64,000 nucleotides of DNA from Eledone cirrhosa (GCA_964016885.1 OZ024751.1:52142001-52206000); one strand, 5' to 3'. Shown: positions 29,587 to 44,200, counted from the first letter of the stretch. Made by a program: numbers and translations. The notes: generated from the letters alone by a model not told the origin.

Positions 29587-30255
29587 AGAATCAAAGTTAT
29601 GTTCAAAGCATTTATTCACTTACAATTGTTTCATCCAAACCTAGACTTGGCGTCTTCGGAGCATTTTTCAATGTTTGTACACATAATTGACCTCCATTCC
29701 AACGCAAGAGACATCAGATACATATGTATATATTGATGTACAGTGGAGTGACATATATTATATTATATTATTTCTGTATAGCAATTCAAATTCAAAATCA
29801 AAATCAAAATTAAAATTAAAATTAAAACAAAATTAAAACAAAATGAAATACATTCGACAGTTAACATAGATAATGCAAACGGATAGTTTGTTAGTCAGAT
29901 TGTATGCGTTAGTTACACGTGGGGCATGCACGTGTGTCTCATTTATATATGATTGTTGTGTGGCAGGGTGTTACATTTAATACAAGCATTTTAAGCGGGT
30001 AAGTAAGAGGTTGTAGTGGTAAGGTATTTTTTTGTATATAAATAAAAATAGGTTTGGATGAAACAATTGTAAGTGAATAAATGCTTTGAACATAGCTTTG
30101 ATTCTTGTGAATTCTCTATAACTGCTCTGTAGAACAACTGTTGTTATTACATTGAGCTATTTATCTTACTGGTAATAAGGTAGTAATAAATTACTGACCT
30201 TCACTGTTTAGGGTTTAAAATATATATAACCATAAATAGTATCCTTAATATTATA
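29578..30255. mobile_element. Non-coding Penelope terminal-repeat fragment related to family 1, with an inverted partial copy (29578-29643 vs 30049-30114)
   Basis: Clearly homologous to 25930-26330. Has a CCGAAGA...GAAACAATTGTA hammerhead-like motif at 29616-29664 (-). Duplicated at 35954-36625. Confidence 0.75.
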
Positions 30256-30257
30256 TA

Positions 30258-30300
<43 letters not shown>

Positions 30301-30308
<8 letters not shown>

Positions 30309-32900
30309 ATACTTTGGGAGGGTCATGTTGCCAATAAGAAAACACACGCACCAGTTGCTTTCACTTCAATTTAATTTAATATATATTTATAAATTTACAA
30401 ATTTATAAATTTCTGGTTGGTTGGTTGGTTCCACAACCAGATAGTTGTTTATATATATATAGTCATAGTTCTTTCGTCACACACTCTGTGACCTCTTCAG
30501 TGACTGGGGATTTCTTTCTTCGTTTCTGTGCCTTTCCTTTCTTCTATCCTACGCAGAAATCGACGCGGGGTAACCGATCTGGGGACCTAACAAACTGCAT
30601 AATAGGCAGTATGGATGTTGTGTCCCTGTATCCATCTATTGACGTGGATTTGTGCTGTGGAGAAATGCGTCGAAATGATCAGCGAGAGCAAGGTTGAGTT
30701 CCGTGGGATTGATACCAGTGAGCTGGGACTTCTACTTAAGCTTACCCATAGTAATAGTTACCTAGACACTTATGACCTTAGCAACCTGTGCCCTACAAGA
30801 CCAGCAAGAGGCAGACCACCTACCATTACCTCAATGGCCAAGAAAACCCACACAGATAGATGGAACGGGTGGACCAAGAGCCATACGGACACCCGAAAAC
30901 CACGATGAACTGAAGAAAATGATTGCACATGCGGTAGGGGCCAGCATAAAATTAACCCTTAAGGAACATATGTTCAAATTTAATGGTAAAACATATGCCC
31001 AAGAGGAAGGAGCAGCCATTGGTGTTAGCATTGCAGGCGACATAGCTAACTTGTTCATGGTATGGTGGGACAGTAGACTTAAACAAAAACTTAAAGAACA
31101 ATTAGAAGACAGCATTAACCCTGATAATGTACTCCCGCTACGTAGATGATATAAACATCGTAGTTAAGACACCCCCACTAAAGAACAGTCAGGAACCTGA
31201 GAAAAACACAATGGAAAGCATCCAGGCAAATAGCAAACTCCATCCACCAGAGCATTAGAGTTACTATAGACTACCCAAGTAGACACCCCAACCATCGATT
31301 ACCTGTACTAGACACAGAGCTCTGGTTAGATACTATTAACAACCAAAAACAAATCCTCCATTCCCATTATGCCAAACCCATGACTTCCAAACATCTGATC
31401 CACCGAAACTCGGCCATTTCGGACCATACCAAAAATCAACATACTGATTGCGGATTTGATACGGGTGATGAGAAATGTGTCCCGCATGTGCAACCCCGAA
31501 GAACTAGAGAGACACATACAACACTTCATCCACCGTATGCAGTTCTCTGGCTACAATCAGAGAGATAGAATCAGAGTGTATAAAGGAGCCAGAACCAAAT
31601 GGGAAAAAATGGTAAATAATGACATAAATGGGGACCTGCCCCTTGTATAGGAGCAGAATTTTGGAATAGAATAGAAAGAACTAAGAACAAGGCCAATAGA
31701 ATAAACTCATGGTATGATAGCAATAAATACCAGAGTGTAATGTTCATCAATACAACCCCTAGAGGCGAACTAGCCTACAAATTTAGAAGGGCCCTAAAGA
31801 AACATAATCTCAATATTAAGATAGTAGAAAGACCCTGGTACCTTCCGTAAAAACACTTATTAGCAAGACATACCCGTTCCAAAGACCCTCATGTATAGAT
31901 AAGAAATGTATAACCTGTAAAATAAGCCCCCATATTAACTGTAAAAACTAGAAATGTAGTATATAGCATAAGATGTACTGAGGGACAATGTAGAAACAAA
32001 AATATAGTGTACATAGGTGAGACAGCTCGTAGTATAGGGGAACGAATAAATGAAACACTGGCGAGACCTCCAAGATAGTAAAGAATCATCTGTGCTCTAC
32101 CAACATGCTAAGATAGAACACAGGGGTAAATTAGAGAGCATAGAAATAAAATAGAATCCACACACAAGAAAGACGCAATGTTTAGGCAAATTACAGAGGC
32201 AGTAAGCATAAAAGAATTAAAACCAAAATTAAATAGAAAAATAGAGAATAGATAATAGAAAATATGAGTGGAACAGCAACATCACAACTTACAATTAAGG
32301 AACAAAATGAAAACACACACACACATAGAACAAACAACTTACAATTGAAAACACACACAAAATGAAAAACACACAAGACAAAATGAAAACACACACACAC
32401 ATAGAACAAACAACCAACCAACAATAAATAAATAAATAAATAAACAAATAAACAAATAAATAAACAAATAAACAAATAAACAAACAAATATAAAATAGAA
32501 AAATAGAAAAATGAACACAAACACACACAGACACCCGGAATGTGGCGCATGCGCAAACTGAGCACGCAACCCACACACAAACAAAATGGCGTAGGATAGA
32601 AGAAAGGAAAGGCACAGAAACGAAGAAAAGAAATCCCCAGTCACTGAAGAGGTCACAGAGTGTGTGACGAAAGAACTATGACTATTATATATATAAACAA
32701 CTATCTGGTTGTGGAACCAACCAACCAACCAGAAATTTATAAATTTGTAAATTTATAAATATTATTAAATTAAATTGAAGTGAAAGCAACTGGTGCGTGT
32801 GTTTCTTATTGGCAACATGACCCTCCCAAAGTTATAACAATATCGGTTTCAACACACGATTTCAGATAAAGAATCTTGCTAAACAAATTCAGAAACGAAA
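30301..32900 (+). mobile_element. Penelope-like element family 2, indel-ridden copy (probable assembly duplicate of 36673-39251)
   Basis: Same junctions and sequence as 36673-39251 but with many 1-bp indels. Confidence 0.85.
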
Positions 32901-33146
32901 TATATATATATATAGTAATATATATATATGTGTGTGTTTATATATATATATATATGTATATATATATGTATATATATATGTGTGTGTATATATATATATA
33001 TATGTATAATATATATGTATATATATATGTGTGTGTATATTATATATATATGTATATATATATATGTGTGTTAGTATATGTATATATATATGTGTGTGTA
33101 TATATTAATATATATATATGTATATATATATGTATATATATATGTG

Positions 33147-33181
<35 letters not shown>

Positions 33182-33336
33182 GTATATATATATATATGTG
33201 TGTGTATATAGATATATATATGTTATGATATTATATGATATATATATGTGTGTGTATATATATATATATATGTGTATATATATATGTATATATATATGTG
33301 TGTGTATATATATATATATATATGTGTATATATATA

Positions 33337-33369
<33 letters not shown>

Positions 33370-33380
33370 GTATATATATA

Positions 33381-33411
<31 letters not shown>

Positions 33412-33519
33412 GTGTATATATATGTGTGTGTGTGTGTATATAATATATATATATATATGTGTATATATATTGTGTATATATAATATATATGTATATGTGT
33501 ATATATATATATATATGTA

Positions 33520-34104
33520 TCCCAGTACAACCTGTCTCATGGTCGGGTCTGTTGGCGACTAAACTGGCAATCCCACCAAGGTTTCTTGGTGAGGAGGGTG
33601 ACTTTGGACATCCTGCAGGACTAAAAACAAACCCTGTTCAAAGGGCAAAGGAGCTCTTAAGAGTCAATGGCTCATCCAAAATCACCGGGAGAGATGACCC
33701 CTTAGCCTTTGTCAAGGCAGAATTCTAGGAGAAGGGAAAATTCTGATTATATCACCTGCAACCCTGATGGTATCCAATGATGTTGACTTGTTTCTTCTTT
33801 TTGGTAAATATCATCTTGGTTAAGAGAGTGGGACTGGCTTTGTGCAGTGCCTTTGCTCACCATAAAAGCTTCACGGCACAGGCATTTGCTTAATATCTGG
33901 AGATCTCTCTCTGCACTTGTCGTCACATGGTACCATGGGCCCAGCACTATGTGTCAATAATTGTCACAAGTGTAGTGTTTTGTACCAGAGTTTTCAAGTC
34001 GCTCGCTGGACTAAAAAGTCATCACTCGTTCAGCGCATCGGTAGGGGTTCTCCTACATGGATATAAAGTAGTGGCCGTACTCGAAAACGAGTTGGGCAGC
34101 CACC
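33520..34104 (+). mobile_element. Duplicate of the 39845-40416 element
   Basis: Near-identical apart from 1-2 bp indels. Confidence 0.7.
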
Positions 34105-34251
34105 ATATATATATATATTATATTATATGTGTATATATATTATATATATATATTATATATGTATATATATTATATATTGTATATATTAATATAGTATATA
34201 TATATATATGTATATAATATATGTATATATATATATATGTATATTATATTA

Positions 34252-34290
<39 letters not shown>

Positions 34291-34435
34291 TTATATAGTA
34301 TATATATATATATATATATGTGTATATATATATATATATGTGTATATATAATATATATATATGTGTATATATATATATATATAATATGTGTAATTAATAT
34401 ATATATATATATATGTGTATATATATATTATATAA

Positions 34436-34467
<32 letters not shown>

Positions 34468-34985
34468 GTGTATATATATAATTATATATAATATATATAT
34501 ATTATATATTATATATGTGTATATATATATATATATATGTGTATATATATATATAATATATATATGTGTTATATATATATATATATATGATGTATATATA
34601 TATATATATATATGTGTATATATTATATTATATATATATATATATATATTATGTGTATATATAATTATATATATATGAGTATAATTATATTATATATATA
34701 TATTGTGTTGTATATGTATATATAATGATATATATTATATATATGTGTGTATATATATATTATATATATATTATATATATATATATAGTGTTATTATATA
34801 TATATATATATATATATATTATGTGTATATATATATATTATATATTGATGTATATATATATATGTGTTATTATATTATATGATGTGTGTATATATATATA
34901 TATTTGTGTGTATATATATATATATGTGTGTATATATATTATATATATGTGTGTAGTATATATATATATTATGTTATATATATAT

Positions 34986-35294
34986 ATTGGAATAAATGCT
35001 CTGAAATAGCGATATATATGTGAATATAGACATAGAATATTCGAAAATATTCTGTATGTTTATAATAAACATTTTGAAGACCTAATCGCTATAGAATAGA
35101 ATACGTCACGTATTACAATTAGATTCTCGATAAAAGCAAGGGAAGTAATCTACGCGTTTCATTCTTGTTAGAAATCATCAGGACTACATATCCAGTGCTT
35201 TTATCGAGAATGACACAGCTAGAGGACTTATAGAATACTTAGCTGTGTTACAGGAACTGGTTTGAAAGAGCGGTTGCCGGTCCGGCAGAAATTA
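34986..35294 (-). repeat. Single error-containing copy of the 310-bp hammerhead unit at the contig end
   Basis: Matches 41225-41531. Confidence 0.85.
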
Positions 35295-35494
35295 NNNNNN
35301 NNNNNNNNNNNNNNNNNNNNNNNNNNNNNNNNNNNNNNNNNNNNNNNNNNNNNNNNNNNNNNNNNNNNNNNNNNNNNNNNNNNNNNNNNNNNNNNNNNNN
35401 NNNNNNNNNNNNNNNNNNNNNNNNNNNNNNNNNNNNNNNNNNNNNNNNNNNNNNNNNNNNNNNNNNNNNNNNNNNNNNNNNNNNNNNNNNNNNN
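35295..35494. other. Assembly gap (200 N)
   Basis: Run of n. Confidence 1.
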
Positions 35495-35863
35495 CAAAGG
35501 TGATTATTGTTTTATCGGGCCCGCAAGGTATGAACACTTCGACATACTATGGGGTCTAGTCAAGTCACTATTGTCCATGGCCATTATAAGTGCCTTATTT
35601 AGTAGGATAGGGGAAATAGAGGTGTAGTAAGAGTTGATATCAAATTGAATAAATTTTTTATCCTTGTTATCTATGATATTTTTGAACCATTCAATCACTT
35701 CACCCGTATTTCCCCATTGCTTAAGGTAAATCTTGTGTTTAATCTGTGGGATGATTTTGTCTAGGATTTTTTTACTGATAATGCCAATGTCAGACCTGGA
35801 GGGGCAGATTAGTCTAATCGAGGGGTTGCTAATGAAGTCTTCATCAGAGAGAGAGAGAGAGAG

Positions 35864-35963
<100 letters not shown>

Positions 35964-36631
35964 AGAATCAAAGTTATGTTCAAAGCATTTATTCACTTAC
36001 AATTGTTTCATCAAACCTAGACTTGGCGTCTTCGGAGCATTTTTCAATGTTTGTACACATAATTGACCTCCATTCCAACGCAAGAGACATCAGATACATA
36101 TGTATATATTGATGTACAGTGGAGTGACATATATTATATTATATTATTTCTGTATAGCAATTCAAATTCAAAATCAAAATCAAAATTAAAATTAAAATTA
36201 AAACAAAATTAAAACAAAATGAAATACATTCGACAGTTAACATAGATAATGCAAACGGATAGTTTGTTAGTCAGATTGTATGCGTTAGTTACACGTGGGG
36301 CATGCACGTGTGTCTCATTTATATATGATTGTTGTGTGGCAGGGTGTTACATTTAATACAAGCATTTTAAGCGGGTAAGTAAGAGGTTGTAGTGGTAAGG
36401 TATTTTTTGTATATAATAAAAATAGGTTTGGATGAAACAATTGTAAGTGAATAAATGCTTTGAACATAGCTTTGATTCTTGTGAATTCTCTATAACTGCT
36501 CTGTAGAACAACTGTTGTTATTACATTGAGCTATTTATCTTACTGGTAATAAGGTAGTAATAAATTACTGACCTTCACTGTTTAGGGTTTAAAATATATA
36601 TAACCATAAATAGTATCCTTAATATTATATA

Positions 36632-36680
<49 letters not shown>

Positions 36681-36925
36681 ATACTTTGGGAGGGTCATGT
36701 TGCCAATAAGAAACACACGCACCAGTTGCTTTCACTTCAATTTAATTTAATATATATTTATAAATTTACAAATTTATAAATTTCTGGTTGGTTGGTTGGT
36801 TCCACAACCAGATAGTTGTTTATATATATATAGTCATAGTTCTTTCGTCACACACTCTGTGACCTCTTCAGTGACTGGGGATTTCTTTCTTCGTTTCTGT
36901 GCCTTTCCTTTCTTCTATCCTACGC

Positions 36926-38601
36926 AGAATCGACGCGGGTAACCGATCTGGGGACCTAACAAACTGCATAATAGGCAGTATGGATGTTGTGTCCCTGTAT
37001 CCATCTATTGACGTGGATTTTGCTGTGGAGAAATGCGTCGAAATGATCAGCGAGAGCAAGGTTGAGTTCCGTGGGATTGATACCAGTGAGCTGGGACTTC
37101 TACTTAAGCTTACCCATAGTAATAGTTACCTAGACACTTATGACCTTAGCAACCTGTGCCCTACAAGACCAGCAAGAGGCAGACCACCTACCATTACCTC
37201 AATGGCCAAGAAAACCCACACAGATAGATGGAACGGGTGGACCAGAGCCATACGGACACCCGAAAACCACGATGAACTGAAGAAAATGATTGCACATGCG
37301 GTAGGGGCCAGCATAAAATTAACCCTTAAGGAACATATGTTCAAATTTAATGGTAAAACATATGCCCAAGAGGAAGGAGCAGCCATTGGTGTTAGCATTG
37401 CAGGCGACATAGCTAACTTGTTCATGGTATGGTGGGACAGTAGACTTAACAAAAACTTAAAGAACAATTAGAAGACAGCTTAACCCTGATAATGTACTCC
37501 CGCTACGTAGATGATATAAACATCGTAGTTAAGACACCCCCACTAAAGAACAGTCAGGAACCTGAGAAAAACACAATGGAAAGCATCCAGCAAATAGCAA
37601 ACTCCATCCACCAGAGCATTAGAGTTACTATAGACTACCCAAGTAGACACCCCAACCATCGATTACCTGTACTAGACACAGAGCTCTGGTTAGATACTAT
37701 TAACAACCAAAAACAAATCCTCCATTCCCATTATGCCAAACCCATGACTTCCAAACATCTGATCCACCGAAACTCGGCCATTTCGGACCATACCAAAATC
37801 AACATACTGATTGCGGATTTGATACGGGTGATGAGAAATGTGTCCCGCATGTGCAACCCCGAAGAACTAGAGAGACACATACAACACTTCATCCACCGTA
37901 TGCAGTTCTCTGGCTACAATCAGAGAGATAGAATCAGAGTGTATAAAGGAGCCAGAACCAAATGGGAAAAAATGGTAAATAATGACATAAATGGGACCTG
38001 CCCCTTGTATAGGAGCAAATTTTGGAATAGAATAGAAAGAACTAAGAACAAGGCCAATAGAATAAACTCATGGTATGATAGCAATAAATACCAGAGTGTA
38101 ATGTTCATCAATACAACCCCTAGAGGCGAACTAGCCTACAAATTTAGAAGGGCCCTAAAGAAACATAATCTCAATATTAAGATAGTAGAAAGACCTGGTA
38201 CCTCCGTAAAAACACTTATTAGCAAGACATACCCGTTCCAAAGACCCTCATGTATAGATAAGAAATGTATAACCTGTAAAATAAGCCCCCATATTAACTG
38301 TAAAACTAGAAATGTAGTATATAGCATAAGATGTACTGAGGGACAATGTAGAAACAAAAATATAGTGTACATAGGTGAGACAGCTCGTAGTATAGGGGAA
38401 CGAATAAATGAACACTGGCGAGACCTCCAAGATAGTAAAGAATCATCTGTGCTCTACCAACATGCTAAGATAGAACACAGGGGTAAATTAGAGAGCATAG
38501 AAATAAAAATAGAATCCACACACAAGAAAGACGCAATGTTTAGGCAAATTACAGAGGCAGTAAGCATAAAAGAATTAAAACCAAAATTAAATAGAAAATA
38601 G
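36926..38601 (+). CDS. Penelope-like RT-GIY-YIG (5'-truncated; one frameshift near 37449)
   Basis: SMDVVSLYPSID, QEEGAAIG, RYVDD, LPVLD, KP, CIDKKCITC...CKTRNVVY...YIGETARSIGERINEH. Confidence 0.9.
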
Positions 38602-38990
38602 AGAATAGATAATAGAAAATATGAGTGGAACAGCAACATCACAACTTACAATTAAGGACAAAATGAAAACACACACACACATAGAACAAACAACTTACAA
38701 TTGAAAACACACACAAAATGAAAACACACAAGACAAAATGAAAACACACACACACATAGAACAAACAACCAACCAACAATAAATAAATAAATAAATAAAC
38801 AAATAAACAAATAAATAAACAAATAAACAAATAAACAAACAAATATAAATAGAAAAATAGAAAAATGAACACAAACACACACAGACACCCGGATGTGGCG
38901 CATGCGCAAACTGAGCACGCAACCCACACACAAACAAAATGGCGTAGGATAGAAGAAAGGAAAGGCACAGAAACGAAGAAAGAAATCCCC

Positions 38991-39035
38991 AGTCACTGAA
39001 GAGGTCACAGAGTGTGTGACGAAAGAACTATGACT
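38991..39035 (+). ncRNA. Minimal type I hammerhead in the family 2 terminal repeat (also 36832-36876 -, 32639-32683 +, 30461-30505 -)
   Basis: agtca CTGAAGA g gtcaca-gagtg-tgtgac GAAAG aa CTA^tgact. Confidence 0.72.
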
Positions 39036-39248
39036 ATATATATATAAACAACTATCTGGTTGTGGAACCAACCAACCAACCAGAAATTTATAAATTTGTA
39101 AATTTATAAATATATATTAAATTAAATTGAAGTGAAAGCAACTGGTGCGTGTGTTTCTTATTGGCAACATGACCCTCCCAAAGTATAACAATATCGGTTT
39201 CAACACACGATTTCAGATAAAGAATCTTGCTAAACAAATTCAGAAACG

Positions 39249-39288
<40 letters not shown>

Positions 39289-39487
39289 ATATATATATAT
39301 ATATGTATATATATATGTATATATATATGTGTGTGTATATATATATATATATGTATATATATATGTATATATATATGTGTGTGTATATATATATATATAT
39401 GTATATATATATGTGTGTGTATATGTATATATATATGTGTGTGTATATATATATATATATGTATATATATATGTATATATATATGTG

Positions 39488-39522
<35 letters not shown>

Positions 39523-39667
39523 GTATATATATATATGTGTGTGTATATATATATATATATGTATATATATATGTATATATATATGTGTGTGTATATATAT
39601 ATATATATGTATATATATATGTATATATATATGTGTGTGTATATATATATATATATGTATATATATA

Positions 39668-39700
<33 letters not shown>

Positions 39701-39711
39701 GTATATATATA

Positions 39712-39742
<31 letters not shown>

Positions 39743-39753
39743 GTGTATATATA

Positions 39754-39784
<31 letters not shown>

Positions 39785-39844
39785 GTGTATATATATGTGT
39801 ATATATATATATATGTATATGTGTATATATATATATATATGTAT

Positions 39845-40416
39845 CCCAGTACAACCTGTCTCATGGTCGGGTCGTTGGCGACTAAACTGGCAATCCCACC
39901 AAGGTTTCTTGGTGAGGAGGGTGACTTTGGACATCCTGCAGGACTAAAAACAAACCCTGTCAAAGGGCAAAGGAGCTCTTAAGAGTCAATGGCCATCCAA
40001 AATCACCGGGAGAGATGACCCCTTAGCCTTTGTCAAGGCAGAATTCTAGGAGAAGGAAAATTCTGATATAACACCTGCAACCCTGATGGTATCCAATGAT
40101 GTTGACTTGTTCTTCTTTTTGGTAAATATCATCTTGGTTAAGAGAGTGGGACTGGCTTTGTGCAGTGCCTTTGCTCACCATAAAAGCTTCACGGCACAGG
40201 CATTGCTTAATATCTGGAGATCTCTCTGCACTTGTCGTCACATGGTACCATGGGCCCAGCACTATGTGTCAATAATTGTCACAAGTGTAGTGTTTGTACC
40301 AGAGTTTTCAAGTCGCTCGCTGGACTAAAAAGTCACACTCGTTCAGCGCATCGGTAGGGGTTCTCCTACATGGATATAAAGTAGTGGCCGTACTCGAAAA
40401 CGAGTTGGCAGCCACC
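39845..40416 (+). mobile_element. ~570-bp non-autonomous element, probably an internally deleted RTE-group LINE
   Basis: A discrete unit between TA arrays. The 3' part encodes [25 protein letters not shown] (C2H2 finger). The 5' part is non-coding and RTE 5'-UTR-like by recall only. Confidence 0.5.
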
Positions 40417-40431
40417 ATATATATATATATA

Positions 40432-40584
<153 letters not shown>

Positions 40585-40715
40585 GTGTATATATATATAT
40601 ATATATGTGTATATATATATATATATATGTGTATATATATATATATATATGTGTATATATATATATATATATATGTGTATATATATATATATATATATGT
40701 GTATATATATATATA

Positions 40716-40786
<71 letters not shown>

Positions 40787-40871
40787 ATATATATATATAT
40801 ATATGTGTATATATATATATATATATATGTGTATATATATATATATATATATGTGTATATATATATATATA

Positions 40872-40914
<43 letters not shown>

Positions 40915-40983
40915 ATATATATATATATATATGTGTATATATATATATATATATGTGTGTATATGTATATATATATATATATA

Positions 40984-41102
<119 letters not shown>

Positions 41103-41224
41103 ATATATATATATATATGTGTGTATATATATATATATATGTGTGTATATATATATATATATGTGTGTATATATATATATATATGTGTGTATATATATAT
41201 ATATATGTGTATATATATATATAT

Positions 41225-44200
41225 ATTGGAATAAATGCTCTGAAATAGCGATATATATGTGAATATAGACATAGAATATTCGAAAATATTCTGTATGTTT
41301 ATAATAAACATTTTGAAGACCTAATCGCTATAGAATAGAATACGTCACGTATTACAATTAGATTCTCGATAAAAGCAAGGGAAGTAATCTACGCGTTTCA
41401 TTCTTGTTAGAAATCATCAGGACTACATATCCAGTGCTTTTATCGAGAATGACACAGCTAGAGACTTATAGAATACTTAGCTGTGTACAGGAACTGGTTT
41501 GAAAGAGCGGTTGCCGGTCCGGCAGAAATTAGAAATTGGAATAAATGCTCTGAAATAGCGATATATATGTGAATATAGACATAGAATATTCGAAAATATT
41601 CTGTATGTTTATAATAAACATTTTGAAGACCTAATCGCTATAGAATAGAATACGTCACGTATTACAATTAGATTCTCGATAAAAGCAAGGGAAGTAATCT
41701 ACGCGTTTCATTCTTGTTAGAAATCATCAGGACTACATATCCAGTGCTTTTATCGAGAATGACACAGCTAGAGACTTATAGAATACTTAGCTGTGTACAG
41801 GAACTGGTTTGAAAGAGCGGTTGCCGGTCCGGCAGAAATTAGAAATTGGAATAAATGCTCTGAAATAGCGATATATATGTGAATATAGACATAGAATATT
41901 CGAAAATATTCTGTATGTTTATAATAAACATTTTGAAGACCTAATCGCTATAGAATAGAATACGTCACGTATTACAATTAGATTCTCGATAAAAGCAAGG
42001 GAAGTAATCTACGCGTTTCATTCTTGTTAGAAATCATCAGGACTACATATCCAGTGCTTTTATCGAGAATGACACAGCTAGAGACTTATAGAATACTTAG
42101 CTGTGTACAGGAACTGGTTTGAAAGAGCGGTTGCCGGTCCGGCAGAAATTAGAAATTGGAATAAATGCTCTGAAATAGCGATATATATGTGAATATAGAC
42201 ATAGAATATTCGAAAATATTCTGTATGTTTATAATAAACATTTTGAAGACCTAATCGCTATAGAATAGAATACGTCACGTATTACAATTAGATTCTCGAT
42301 AAAAGCAAGGGAAGTAATCTACGCGTTTCATTCTTGTTAGAAATCATCAGGACTACATATCCAGTGCTTTTATCGAGAATGACACAGCTAGAGACTTATA
42401 GAATACTTAGCTGTGTACAGGAACTGGTTTGAAAGAGCGGTTGCCGGTCCGGCAGAAATTAGAAATTGGAATAAATGCTCTGAAATAGCGATATATATGT
42501 GAATATAGACATAGAATATTCGAAAATATTCTGTATGTTTATAATAAACATTTTGAAGACCTAATCGCTATAGAATAGAATACGTCACGTATTACAATTA
42601 GATTCTCGATAAAAGCAAGGGAAGTAATCTACGCGTTTCATTCTTGTTAGAAATCATCAGGACTACATATCCAGTGCTTTTATCGAGAATGACACAGCTA
42701 GAGACTTATAGAATACTTAGCTGTGTACAGGAACTGGTTTGAAAGAGCGGTTGCCGGTCCGGCAGAAATTAGAAATTGGAATAAATGCTCTGAAATAGCG
42801 ATATATATGTGAATATAGACATAGAATATTCGAAAATATTCTGTATGTTTATAATAAACATTTTGAAGACCTAATCGCTATAGAATAGAATACGTCACGT
42901 ATTACAATTAGATTCTCGATAAAAGCAAGGGAAGTAATCTACGCGTTTCATTCTTGTTAGAAATCATCAGGACTACATATCCAGTGCTTTTATCGAGAAT
43001 GACACAGCTAGAGACTTATAGAATACTTAGCTGTGTACAGGAACTGGTTTGAAAGTACACAGCTAAGTATTCTATAAGTTTGAAAGTACACAGCTAAGTA
43101 TTCTATAAGTCTCTAGCTGTGTCATTCTCGATAAAAGCACTGGATATGTAGTCCTGATGATTTCTAACAAGAATGAAACGCGTAGATTACTTCCCTTGCT
43201 TTTATCGAGAATCTAATTGTAATACGTGACGTATTCTATTCTATAGCGATTAGGTCTTCAAAATGTTTATTATAAACATACAGAATATTTTCGAATATTC
43301 TATGTCTATATTCACATATATATCGCTATTTCAGAGCATTTATTCCAATTTCTAATTTCTGCCGGACCGGCAACCGCTCTTTCAAACCAGTTCCTGTACA
43401 CAGCTAAGTATTCTATAAGTCTCTAGCTGTGTCATTCTCGATAAAAGCACTGGATATGTAGTCCTGATGATTTCTAACAAGAATGAAACGCGTAGATTAC
43501 TTCCCTTGCTTTTATCGAGAATCTAATTGTAATACGTGACGTATTCTATTCTATAGCGATTAGGTCTTCAAAATGTTTATTATAAACATACAGAATATTT
43601 TCGAATATTCTATGTCTATATTCACATATATATCGCTATTTCAGAGCATTTATTCCAATTTCTAATTTCTGCCGGACCGGCAACCGCTCTTTCAAACCAG
43701 TTCCTGTACACAGCTAAGTATTCTATAAGTCTCTAGCTGTGTCATTCTCGATAAAAGCACTGGATATGTAGTCCTGATGATTTCTAACAAGAATGAAACG
43801 CGTAGATTACTTCCCTTGCTTTTATCGAGAATCTAATTGTAATACGTGACGTATTCTATTCTATAGCGATTAGGTCTTCAAAATGTTTATTATAAACATA
43901 CAGAATATTTTCGAATATTCTATGTCTATATTCACATATATATCGCTATTTCAGAGCATTTATTCCAATTTCTAATTTCTGCCGGACCGGCAACCGCTCT
44001 TTCAAACCAGTTCCTGTACACAGCTAAGTATTCTATAAGTCTCTAGCTGTGTCATTCTCGATAAAAGCACTGGATATGTAGTCCTGATGATTTCTAACAA
44101 GAATGAAACGCGTAGATTACTTCCCTTGCTTTTATCGAGAATCTAATTGTAATACGTGACGTATTCTATTCTATAGCGATTAGGTCTTCAAAATGTTTAT

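Larger units (their letters stand above)
36673..39251 (+). mobile_element. Penelope-like element family 2 (Naiad-like by motif recall): inverted terminal-repeat copy 36673-36925, 5'-truncated ORF, 3' terminal repeat and tail, set in (TA)n
   Basis: 36673-36925 is the reverse complement of 38942-39194, and 39195-39251 is an unpaired tail. Confidence 0.9.

Noticed and set aside
36899-38700. Selenocysteine (UGA) recoding as reported for some Naiad elements
   Set aside because: No in-frame TGA in the recovered frame. The break is a 1-bp indel, the terminal stop is TAG, and I recognised no SECIS.
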